The notes: generated from the letters alone by a model not told the origin. Shown: positions 31,640-42,166, counted from the first letter of the stretch. The stretch is 64,000 nt of DNA from Paramoeba atlantica (GCA_977017575.1 CDRNVI010000020.1:310001-374000); one strand, 5' to 3'. Made by a program: numbers and translations.

Positions 31640-32714
31640 ATTTTATTTTTTTTCAGTTTTTGGTCCACCGGAGCCCCCTTTTATATTTTTTTCTTCTATT
31701 ATTTCTTTTTTAGGCTCTTCGTTAAAAGCGGTGGTTGCTTTCAACTTAGAAGTCACTCATGCTGCGCGCTTCGCGTTGAAAACTACCGCCGCGTTTAACG
31801 AAGAGCCTAAAAAAGAAAATTTAGCCTGGAAAACGGAAAGATTATAGCCAAAAATAGCCGAATTTCGGGTAAAAATGGGGTCATTTTCGCATATTTTTGC
31901 TCTCAGAGCACTAAATCCGACATTTGCGCGTGGGAAATCACTCGCAGGCATGAATGAAAGCCTACCGAACGTATTGGGTAGAGAATGCGACTCCAACCAT
32001 ACCATTCTTTCGACACAAAAATGCCCCTTTAGGTCCGAAAAATACTTTTTCACCTTTTTTAGTCAAAAATGGGTCATTTTGGGGGGCGCACCACAGTTCG
32101 AAGAAGTGATACCTTGCGAAAACAACTGCGTAGAAAGCTAGTGTAGGTCCCAAACTATCAAAATACAATAGGGGAAACGATTTTGGAAAAATATTTTTTT
32201 TGTAATTTTTTTCGCCAAGTTGAAATTTTTTTCAAAAATTTTTTTCCGAAAAAATCCGAACTTGGTGGACCCGTCCTGCGGATACGCCGGGGGGTCACCC
32301 CCGGGTAGGGGGGTGTAAAATGCGCGCCAAGACCCCGGCTACCCTTTCTGCGGTTTTTTTTCGAAAACTAATTTTTTCGAAAAAATTTGCTCGACCATGC
32401 CCCCCCCCCTGGACCCCCCCCATGGACCCCCCATTTTTTTCAATTTTTTTTTCAGTTTTGGTCCACCGGAGCCCCCTTTTATATTTTTTTCTTCTATTAT
32501 ATTACTGTGTTCCTCTTTATATTTTCACTGTTTTTGTTCACTTTTTTTTCAATAATCGAGTGTAGAGCGGTAGTTTTACAACCACCGCAATAAATATATA
32601 ATAAATATATTAATTTATAATAAATTACTGTATTCCTCTTTGTATTTTCACTGTTTTTGTTCACTTTGTTTTTAATACTCGAGGGTAGAGCGGTAGTTAT
32701 ACAACCACCGCAAT
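31640..32714 (+). mobile_element. Double-hairpin element subfamily 1 (core 31711-32591) with extra partial end copies on both sides
   Basis: Large hairpin 31711-31812, small hairpin ending 32591, second small-hairpin end 32625-32714, partial subterminal copy 31640-31700. Confidence 0.9.
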
Positions 32715-32792
32715 TTCCTTAATCGTTGATCCGACGGCGTTTTTGGATTCATCTTCATAAAGAGAGAGAGGGAGTTTGTTACTCAGCTACAC

Positions 32793-34986
32793 ATGACACT
32801 TGCTTCGTATTTATGTGATGATCGACAACCTCCCACAAAGCGTCGGAAGATGTACACTGGCACTACAAGTACTGAGGCATTTCATGGCGAAACCAGTAAT
32901 ACCCGGATCGGGAAGATTCAAGGCTCTATTCTACCACAAGAATATGCGCTTGAACGACTAGTATCAGAAATAATCGAACCTCACTCGTCATGGAAAATAT
33001 CTACACCTGCATGCGAGTGGAAAGGCATACAATGCAATACGAAGGGCGAGGTAACTGAAATTCGATGGGATATTGATGTGTTGGTTCTTTACTTAGGTGA
33101 GATGAAAGAAAACGGTAAATTAGATTTGGTAAATATTCCTAGGACTGTTACTATATTTCACGTGAGAGGAAACGGCTTTTCGTCGCCCGCCGATCTACGA
33201 TATCTGCCACCCAATCTCACTGAGCTAGTCCTCACTCTTAACAGGTTCATAGGTATAATTGATTTCACGTGTTTGCCTTCTACGTTAACAACCATCGATC
33301 TAATGAAAAACTCATTTACCGGCAGCACAGATTTAAGTGACTTGCCCGTCAATCTAGCCGATCTTAATTTGGAAGAAAATGACTTCGAAGGGACTGTGAA
33401 TTTATGCGAACTGCCAAAGTCTCTGAAATTTTTGAATATCGGAAATAATGCTTTTACGGGTACCGTAGATATCTCTCATCTGCCCAGTGTATTACAGCTC
33501 GTGTCGCTATCGGAAAATGTATTCGAAAACTATCTAGACTTGCGTTCGCTCCCAAAAACTCTGAAATATTTTGACGCATCAAGTAACTACTTTTCAGGAA
33601 AATTGGAGCTTAGTACTTTGCCAGACAGCCTACGTACTCTCGAGGTATCGGACAACAAACTGTCAGGAAAGATAGATTTTAGTGCATTGCCTGCTCTACT
33701 GTTTGAGTTTGATCTATCCAACAATTGTTTTGAGGGCGCAATCAATCTAAGCGAGCTTCCAGGTTCAATGACTTCATTAAAAGCAAACATTAATTCATTC
33801 ACTGGAGTCCTCAATTTAGATCAGTTACCAGTCGCGCTTGACGAGTTGGAACTCCGTCAAAATAATTTTACCGGAGCATTAGATGTGGGGCATCTGCCAG
33901 AGAACTTAACCTATATTTCTCTCTCTCACAACTCTATTGGGAGCGTTGATTTTTCTACTTTGCCAGATACTTTATTTAGGCTTGAGTTGGATCACAATAA
34001 ACTTTCTGGGATCATAGACCTCTTTGACGTTCCAGATGAAATGAACGAGCTTGATCTCAGTGGTAATGCTTTTTCCTGTTCTTTGGACTTAGATCTGATA
34101 TCAGATACACAACTATTCAAATTTCGAATTGCTCACAATCAGTTCCACGGGACTCTTGATCTCGATGCTCTCCCTGACCGTTTGGCGGAATTTGATGCCG
34201 GTCACAATAATTTTTCCGGTCCGATAGATCTACGAAATTTGTCACAAAAAGATATAGAACATTTTGATCTAAGTTACAATTCTTTTACCGGAATCCTGGA
34301 TCTAACGAACTTACCCGATGGATTACTGTTTCTTCTAGTAGGGGACGCACTTCGCACTCTTCACCCCTCCCCGGCTCGCTCTCTTCGAGTGAGCTTTCTT
34401 CCCTCCCCGGCTCTCTCCTTCTCGTGCTTTCTTCTCCCGGGAGCTATGCGCCATGGTGGCCTCCCTTGAGGACCACTGGGCGTGCTACAGCGGGAGGACA
34501 CGTTGTATGCGTGTATAGGGGATGCGAACTTGCACCCCTCTCTCCCTACATGCTGTAGCGAGTGCGGCGGTAACGGACCTCCCCATGATGCATCATGATC
34601 CACGATAGACCATCTGACAGCATGAACCCACGGCTTGACCGTGTTGCAGCATGAACCATGGCTATACGTGCTGTAGCATGACCGATGGGCGTCTCGTCTC
34701 CTACTTCGCACTCCACTCTCTGTGTGACACCCGTCGTATGCGGGTCATGCGCCGATGGTATCGGCCGTCACACAGAGAGACGTATCTCTGCGCCACGAGC
34801 GTATGATCATAACCCTTGAACAACAACTTTTTCGAAGGGGTTGTACAACTTGGTTTTTTGCCAGAGTCCATAAATGATTTGTTTTTGAATAACAACCCCG
34901 GACTCCGAGGATGTGTGAATGAAAAGTTACTTCCCGAAAGCATTAACTTGGATACTAACGGAACTCAAATCGTACGAAATCGCTGA
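32793..34986 (+). CDS. LRR family protein 7 (about 19 LRRs), interrupted by a 478-bp insertion
   Basis: The LRR frame runs 32793-34337 and resumes at 34816 (LNNNFFEGVVQLGFLPESI..) to TGA 34986. The joined product is 571 aa. Confidence 0.85.
34338..34815. mobile_element. Unclassified structured insertion (intron-like or TSD-less element)
   Basis: Non-LRR, GC-rich segment GTAGGGG...CATAACCC containing a three-way-junction fold and about 28-bp GCATGA repeats. Confidence 0.7.
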
Positions 34987-35356
34987 ACATAGCTTGTATA
35001 GGGAAACGAATGTCTGAGGATTTTTATTTATTTATTTCGAACAAGTATCCTGCCTCCACCGTGGTCTAATTCACCTCTTGTAAATAGTTTTTCTTTGAAA
35101 TGAATACTCCTCTTCTCATTAATTTCTATAAATGCCATTCCTAATTTTTTCGAAAAAAATTATAGTTTTTCAAATAATTATGTTTTTGAAGAAAAAAACA
35201 GGAAAAGCTCGGATAGAGGACCTTGGATCTCACGTTCCGCGATAGCTTATCGCAGAAAAATCACGCTTTTCCATCAGGCAGGATTATTTATCAGGACTTT
35301 TTGCCTAAACATTTTCATTAATTTCTATAAATATTAATACAAGTTTTCTTTTTCGT

Positions 35357-35567
35357 TATAACCCAGATTGAAAGGGGCGAGGGAGATACGAAGCAACAGA
35401 CGTGGCAGATTCCCACTCAAAAGAAATGATATCTCCCCGCGTGAGAAACGTCTTTGCGCTTGCTACCTCGGAGACAAACTCGTGCAGGGAGATACCATTT
35501 CTTTTCAGTGGGAATTTGCCACGCCTGTTGCTTCATATCTCCCTCGCCCCTTTCAATCTGGGATATA
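35357..35567. mobile_element. 211-bp foldback MITE, about 81-bp inverted arms, TA/TATA ends
   Basis: TATAACCCAGATTGAAAGGGGCGAGGGAGATA... and its reverse complement ending CAATCTGGGATATA; about 6 mismatches; about 50-nt loop. Confidence 0.9.
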
Positions 35568-35670
35568 CGGCGGGCCCTTCGAGGCGGTGCAGACCCGCTG
35601 TCGCGGGGGCGGTAATTTTGAAGGAAGCAAGCTTCTGAAATCTTTTTTTTGGAGGGCCCGCCCGGCGGCC

Positions 35671-35850
35671 ACTCTTTCACAACATGGCCAGCTGGCCACC
35701 CTTCAACAACATGGCCAGCTGGCCACTCTTCCACAACATGGCCAGCTGGCCACTCTTTCACAACATGGCCAGCTGGTCAACCTTCCACAACATGGCCAGC
35801 TGGCCACTCTTCCACGAGATGGCCAGCTGACCACCTTTCCACAACATGGC
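35671..35850. repeat. 27-bp tandem array, most units carrying the palindrome TGGCCAGCTGGCCA
   Basis: ACTCTTTCACAACATGGCCAGCTGGCC, about 6.5 units. Confidence 0.92.
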
Positions 35851-35884
35851 ATTTCACATCCACAACATGGATATTTTTTTGGAT

Positions 35885-36260
35885 TTGGAATACAGTCACT
35901 GTCTCACGTGGCAGTACACTTACTCTCTCAAGCGCCATTGCGGCTACATTGCATTACTGCAGTCACTTCCTCACGCCGCACCTACTCTCGCACGTGCCAC
36001 TGCAGCTACAGTGCAGTCACTGACTCTCACGCGCCACTGTATCTACACTGCGTTCACTGCCTCACGTGGCAGTACATTTACTCTTTCACGTACGTGATGC
36101 AGCTGCACTGCATCACTACAGTCACTTCCTCACGCCGCAGTGCACTTACTCTCGAACGTGCCACTGCAGCTGCACTGCATCACTGTTCAACCACTGCCTC
36201 ACGTGGAAGTACACTTACTCTCTCACGGGTACTGTAGCTGCACACTACCACTCGGACCTG
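35885..36260 (-). repeat. Left (short, degenerate) arm of CACGTG-rich satellite
   Basis: CACTTACTCTC anchors; reverse complement of the 37290-38615 monomers. Confidence 0.88.
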
Positions 36261-36421
36261 CTCATTATTTTTCTCTTTATGTATATACAAAATGCAAACC
36301 GTGTTTTTGGTGGCCAGCTGGCCACTTTTTCGAGAGAGAAAAAATCTGAAAAAATTGTTCCGAATTTGTTTTTTTGGCGATCTTGAGCAAATATTTTTGT
36401 TTTCGATTTTGTTAGTAAAAT

Positions 36422-36494
36422 GTCGATGTCCGGAATCGAACCGCGGACGTCCAGCGTCAAAACGGAACCCCTTTACCAACTGGACTACTCAAAT
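36422..36494 (-). pseudogene. tRNA-like sequence with Pol III A and B boxes
   Basis: The minus strand reads TAGTCCAGTTGGTAA (A box) ... GGTTCGATTCC (B box). Acceptor and T stems pair poorly. Confidence 0.65.
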
Positions 36495-36996
36495 GACGCT
36501 CCTGAGTCAACCAGTTTGTCGTATCACAGACCTTTGCACACGCACTTTTTTTTACGAAAAAAAACTTTTTCGTCGCAAAAAAAATACTTACAGTGACTCA
36601 CAGCGATTCACAGAAACCTACAGGTACTCAAAGTTTTTGCTATTCCTTTGTGACTTTTGGTTTTTGTTTTTCGGTTTTTTTGATAGAAATAAAAATGGTA
36701 AAGCAGATTTATACTCAGTATTGTAGACCTTGTGTTCTAAAGTCATTGAGGGAGATACGGAGTATCTAACTCGCTTACTAAGGTTAATTCCAAAAAGTGA
36801 AAAAAATCACCAAAGAATCATAAGATCGGGATTTTTCAAAATTCCAAAACGTAGCAGTAAGTCATTAGATGAACTCTTAAATACTCTAAAAATCAACTAA
36901 AACAACCTTATTTCCCAAATTTTAGAACATTTTTCGTAAAACAAAGTGCGTGTGCAAAGGTCTGCGATACGACAAACTGGTTGACTAAGGAGCGTC

Positions 36997-37069
36997 ACTT
37001 GAGTAGTCCAGTTGGCAAAAGGGGCTCCATTTTGACGCTGAACGTCCGCGGTTCGATTCCCGACATCGA
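36997..37069 (+). pseudogene. tRNA-like sequence with Pol III A and B boxes (inverted partner of 36422-36494)
   Basis: TAGTCCAGTTGGCAA ... GGTTCGATTCC followed by a TTTT run. Confidence 0.65.
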
Positions 37070-37289
37070 TATTTTACTAAAAAAATCGAAAAAAAAAAAA
37101 TTGCTCAAGATCGCCAAAAAATCAAATTCGGAACAAACTTTTTTTTCAGATACTTTTTCTCAAAAAAGTGGCCAGCTGGCCACCAAAAACACGGTTTGCA
37201 TTTTGTATATACAGGGGCGGTTGTTGATCTTGCCCCCTCCTGGGAAATTTCAATTTTTCTCAGCGGGTCTCTATGAAAAAAATTGGTAC

Positions 37290-38615
37290 GTGAAAGAGTA
37301 AGTGTACTGCCACGCGAGGCAGTGAACGCAGTGTAGATGCAGTGGCGTGAGAGAGTAAGTGACTGCAGTGTAGCTGCAGTGGCACGTGCGAGAGTAAGTG
37401 CACTGCCACGTGAGGAACTGACTGCAGTAATGCAAAGTGGCTGCAGTGGCACTTGAGAGAGTAAGTGTACTGCCACGTGAGGTAATGAACGCAGTGTAGA
37501 TGCAGTGGCGTGAAAGAGTAAGTGTACTGCCACGTGAGGCAGTGAACGCAGTGGCGCGTGAGAGAGTAAGTGACTGCACTGTAGCTGCAGTGGCACGTGC
37601 GAGAGTAAGTGTACTTCCACGTGAGGCAGTGAACGCAGTGTAGATGCAGTGGCGCGTGAAAGAGTAAGTGTACTGCCACGCGAGGCAGTGAACGCAGTGT
37701 AGATACAGTGGCGCGTGAGAGAGTAAGTGACTGCAGTGTAGCTGCAGTGGCACGTGCGAGAGTAAGTGCACTGCCACGTGAGGAACTGACTGCAGTAATG
37801 CAATGTGGCTGCAGTGGCACTTGAGAGAGTAAGTGTACTGCCACGTGAGGTAATGAACGCAGTGTAGATGCAGTGGCGTGAAAGAGTAAGTGTATTGCCA
37901 CGTGAGGCAGTGAACGCAGTGGCGCGTGAGAGAGTAAGTGACTGCAGTGTAGCTGCAGTGGCACGTGCGAGAGTAAGTGCACTGCCACGTGAGGAACTGA
38001 CTGCAGTAATGCAATGTGGCTGCAGTGGCACTTGAGAGAGTAAGTGTACTGCCACGTGAGGTAATGAACGCAGTGTAGATGCAGTGGCGTGAAAGAGTAA
38101 GTGTACTGCCACGTGAGGCAGTGAACGCAGTGGCGCGTGAGAGAGTAAGTGACTGCACTGTAGCTGCAGTGGCACGTGCGAGAGTAAGTGTACTTCCACG
38201 TGAGGCAGTGAACGCAGTGTAGATGCAGTGGCGCGTGAAAGAGTAAGTGTACTGCCACGCGAGGCAGTGAACGCAGTGTAGATACAGTGGCGCGTGAGAG
38301 AGTAAGTGATTGCAGTGTAGCTGCAGTGGCACGTGCGAGAGTAAGTGCACTGCCACGTGAGGAACTGACTGCAGTAATGCAATGTGGCTGCAGTGGCACT
38401 TGAGAGAGTAAGTGTACTGCCACGTGAGGCAGTGAACGCAGTGTAGATGCAGTGGCGTGAAAGAGTAAGTGTACTGCCACGTGAGGCAGTGAACACAGTG
38501 GCGCGTGAGAGAGTAAGTGACTGCACTGTAGCTGCAGTGGCACGTGCGAGAATAAGTGTACTTCCACGTGAGGCAGTGAACGTAGTGTAGATGCAGCGGC
38601 ACGTGAGAGAGTAAT
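37290..38615 (+). repeat. Higher-order satellite: 25 monomers (about 39-66 bp) sharing a GAGTAAGTG anchor; 366-bp 7-mer unit
   Basis: Monomer order ABCDEB'F / ABCDE-BCDE-B'F / ABCAEB'F; A anchors at 37295, 37661 and 38240. Confidence 0.92.
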
Positions 38616-38899
38616 AGAGTTTAATAGGACTCCGATTTTGGGCAAAATGCCCTTTTAAAGGGGGGGTACATGGAAAATAATGTGAAAGGATAAAAATGGG
38701 GGACGCGAAGCTAGACATAGCTATATACTAGACGCAGATATACTAGACACAGATAGACGGTTTACTGTCCGCGAGCCAAACTTTGCTTGTGCTTGTCAAT
38801 TTTAGACGGTGTTCCCGTGTTCAGTCGTGGGCCAATCGCTCCTTTTTTCCCCGAAATTTTAATCGTTTGGAAAAGCAGCCTGAATATTAAAATTGTTTA

Positions 38900-39225
38900 C
38901 AGTGCGGGGCTTTATTCCGGAACGGGTTAATTAAGGGACACCCCCCATCAAGGCCAAAGTGTCCCGAAATAAACCGTCACTTAATTCTCCTTTTTCCAAG
39001 GCTCTACTGTACTTTTTCTTTTAGTTATTTTCCCTTCTTTATCTCCTTTTGATTCACCTATCTGACAAGTACATTTTTATGTGCCTGATAACTTGGGCGC
39101 TCTGTGACTTGGGCGCAACAGTTGTAGTTCTTTTGTCCCACTACAAAGGCATGACCCCATCCCTATATCGTCCCTTAAATACCCGTCCCGTAATTAAACC
39201 GTCCCGTAATAACACCACGCACTTG
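38900..39225. mobile_element. Tc1-type MITE with degenerate TIRs, TA flanks
   Basis: TA|CAGTGCGGGGCTTTATTCCGGAACGGGTTAATTAAGGGAC vs the reverse complement of GTCCCGTAATTAAACCGTCCCGTAATAACACCACGCACTTG|TA. Confidence 0.7.
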
Positions 39226-39313
39226 TACTTCGTCAGCTCATCTTCAGAGGCCGAAATTAAGGCCATTATTGCTTTTATTTTCCCATTTCGCTTGTTCATG
39301 TACAAATATTGCA

Positions 39314-39497
39314 AATGCAATACGAAGGGCGAGGTAACTCAAATTCGATGGGATATTGCTGTGTTGGATCTTTATTTAGGTGAGATGAAAGAAAACGGTA
39401 AATTAGATTTGGTAAATATTCCTAGGGCTGTTACTCTCAACTGTTGCTCCTCAACTGTTACTCTATTTCACGTGGAAGGAAACGGCTTTCCGTCTCC
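39314..39497 (+). pseudogene. Duplicated internal fragment of LRR gene 7
   Basis: Near-identical to about 33031-33189, with an added CTGTT-repeat insertion of about 24 bp. Confidence 0.88.
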
Positions 39498-39561
39498 CCA
39501 CCTCTTCATGTTCTCACCTCCCATCTATTTTTCTTTCCCACACCTTTCGTCCCCCCACAAC

Positions 39562-40362
39562 ATGTCCTCCTCCCTCAACCCCTCCTCCTCCCCCTGTCTC
39601 TCCCCCCCCTACAAACGTCGGAAAATCCACCACCCCCCTCCCCCACCCTCCGAGATCCCACACCCCACCCTCGGGGCCCGGGTCGGTAAAATCGCCCCCT
39701 GTACCCTCCCTCCGGAGTACCACCTCGCCCGTCTCACCGCGGACCTCCACAACCCCCACCCCACGTGGCACACCGCGACCCCCGCCTGTGCCTGGGACGG
39801 GGTCCGCTGCGACCCCAGCGGGGCGCTCACAATGATCGTGTGGTTCTTCCGTGGGCTCTCCGGGGCGCTCCACTTTGCCCACCTCCCCTGTAGCCTCCAT
39901 TTCGTCTGTGTGGAGAGTAACGCCCTGGAGGGGGGCGTGGATCTCACCGCACTGCCACCACCGTTGCAACGGTACAAACTCGCGCTGAACCGATTTAACG
40001 GCACCGCGGAACTCAACGCGCTGCCGATGAATATGACGTACTTGCGTCTCAGCCAGAATCGGTTTGAGGGGGAAGTGAATCTTACGGTGCTTCCGCAGAG
40101 TTTGCAATTCCTGGACCTGAGTGATAATTTTTTTCGTGGAGCGTTGGATTTGGGGAAACTCCCGAGGGGGATGTGCACGGTGATGCTGGGGAATAACCGT
40201 TTCGAAGGTGAGGTCGCGTTGGAGGTTCTCCCACGAACGTTGGTGCAGCTTGATTTGGAAAACAACGTGGGGTTGCGTAGTGTGCTTGACAGAAGGCTTC
40301 TGCCGGAAGGACTGATACTTGAACTCACGAATACAAATATTACGATGAACCCCGCAAGGTAG
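39562..40362 (+). CDS. LRR family protein 8
   Basis: PPYKRRK, ARVGKIAPCTLPPEY..NPHPTW..CAWDGVRC cap plus LRRs. The start at 39562 is inferred. Confidence 0.88.
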   Translation: MSSSLNPSSSPCLSPPYKRRKIHHPPPPPSEIPHPTLGARVGKIAPCTLPPEYHLARLTADLHNPHPTWHTATPACAWDGVRCDPSGALTMIVWFFRGLSGALHFAHLPCSLHFVCVESNALEGGVDLTALPPPLQRYKLALNRFNGTAELNALPMNMTYLRLSQNRFEGEVNLTVLPQSLQFLDLSDNFFRGALDLGKLPRGMCTVMLGNNRFEGEVALEVLPRTLVQLDLENNVGLRSVLDRRLLPEGLILELTNTNITMNPAR

Positions 40363-40564
40363 TGCATGTTGGGTTTAACTTGAGTAAGAAAAAGAAAGTG
40401 AATAATTCAAGTGCCAACGTATTCTGCAACCAGGCGTTCACCTTGATTACAAGGACTTTTTTTTAAATTATAAATATAACGTAGGTATAAATAACATGTA
40501 GGTAGGTCCAGTGTAGAGTACATAATGCATACATTGAAAGATGTTTTCGTTTACATTTTACATA

Positions 40565-40780
40565 ATGGATGATACAGACTCGAATGCACAAATTCGACGA
40601 GCTGCAAAAGTTAGAGAAGCATGCCTGCCACAAGAGTACGAACTTGCACGATTAATTTCAGGCATCAAGAATCCACATCCGTCATGGAACACATCTACCG
40701 CTGCATGTAAGTGGGATGGTGTTATTTGTGAAGATGGAAAGCATGTGACGGACATTAATTGGAGAGAAAGAATACCATGA
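40565..40780 (+). pseudogene. LRR family gene 9, truncated after the N-cap
   Basis: Close paralog of 47572-48354; similarity stops abruptly at the Tc1 remnant. Confidence 0.85.
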
Positions 40781-41585
40781 TACCTTTCCCCCCAAAAAAC
40801 TTTTTTGTCTGGGAGACTGCCTTAATTTTTTCGCCCCCCTTTTATCAACATAATGGTTTTCGCGGGAACCGAGGGAACAAGTAAACAGCTTTTCGTCCGT
40901 GAATACAATACGCGCTAACTTCGCATCACTCCATTTAATAAGTTTACACGCAAAAATAAGCCGTTTCTTCACGTGCGTAGGGGTAAGCCCGACATCACGC
41001 TCTTTGCGAATTTTCCCGTAGCCTTGTAAATCTAAGGCTCGGGTAACGCTTTGGCGCGAACCACCATGAGAACTAGTAACCACGCGTGCAACGTGGCTAA
41101 TGGTCGTTCCTTCGGGGTTTTGCTTCTTTAATTGGCGGCACACCTTGACACACGTACGACGGTAGCGCTTGGGAACTACCGTACGACGTTTTTCGCGAAG
41201 TGGGGTGGTAACGTGTTGGTGCTTTTCAAAGTGCCGCACCCAATATCTTACTCCATTCCTGGAGATTTTTAGCTCATTAGCTACAGCACGTAAGGATTTT
41301 GGTTCCTTGTACCGTGCTATGATCAGTGTTCGCCTTTCCGGTGGAATGCGCTGATTTGGGAGAGGAAGTTCGATATCTCTTGATCATTAAGGACAAATGT
41401 AAAAAAAATGGATTTTTTTTGGGTGGGCAAAAGAAAAACGGGATTTTCGACGAAACTTTTAAGGTCTCGGAAGAAAAAGGTCGCTCGAGTGAAAAGGACA
41501 GCGGATTCGAGACGATTGGGTCGAAAAACAGTCCCATACCAAATATTTCCAAAATCGAACAAAATACAAGACCTGTAGGGGGGAG
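40780..41585 (-). mobile_element. Tc1-family transposon remnant (5' end and N-terminal two-thirds of the transposase)
   Basis: SLRAVANELKISRNGVRYW (HTH), HVKKRLIFA..W......IVFTDEKLF (first catalytic D). 41500-41585 matches the end of the 5621-6011 MITE. Confidence 0.88.
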
Positions 41586-42019
41586 GTAAATGAAGCTGGA
41601 CAGGGTGTATCTATCTTTAGGGCCCTATCTTTAGGGCGGAGGTGGCGGAGTGACAAGAATCCAAAGTTTGAAGCACATGGTGCTCAGACGGCGAGTTCAA
41701 ACTCGCTCACCGCAATATTCCTGGCGGCCTCACTCTAAGAGGCTGGGCTGATAACCGACTAGGCCCAGTACTCGGAGGACCGTACCGGACCCTCACCTCA
41801 GGGAACCAGCTCCCTTACCCGGCTTACACCTCTTGGGTAAGCCGTGTGACGTACAGTTCGTCGGCGCAGCGTGTTGGCAACAGCACGTTGGTGCCGCCTT
41901 GGACAAGCGGAAACTGGTAGAGGACGTCGGCCTTGGAACTTCCAAATCTGTCTGTGATGGGTCTGGCTTGCCAGTGACCATCCGGAGCAATCCGGAATGA
42001 TTTGAATTTTTTTTTGGTG

Positions 42020-42072
42020 TATCTATCTATCTATCTGTCTATCCATCTATCTATCTATCTATCTGTCTATCC

Positions 42073-42164
<92 letters not shown>
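42020..42164. repeat. (TATC)n/(GATA)n microsatellite, about 36 units
   Basis: Read directly. Confidence 0.97.

Positions 42165-42166
<2 letters not shown>

Noticed and set aside
34338-34815. Canonical GT-AG intron
   Set aside because: The nearby AG acceptors give a frameshift or an in-frame stop; the frame-restoring boundary ends in CC.
36584-36591. U1 snRNA 5' end (ATACTTAC) about 90 bp from a tRNA-like unit
   Set aside because: Lacks the following CTG, and no Sm site or U1 stem-loops were recognisable.
36422-37069. Functional tRNA genes
   Set aside because: Acceptor and T stems do not pair; reported as tRNA-like only.
37290-38615. CRISPR array
   Set aside because: Sequences between the anchors are themselves repeated modules, not unique spacers; no cas genes; eukaryotic context.
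37105-38718. Long minus-strand ORFs of 443-537 aa
   Set aside because: Artefacts of stop-free satellite DNA in all three frames.
41611-41636. Telomeric repeat (TTTAGGG x2)
   Set aside because: Only two non-adjacent copies, within a local duplication.
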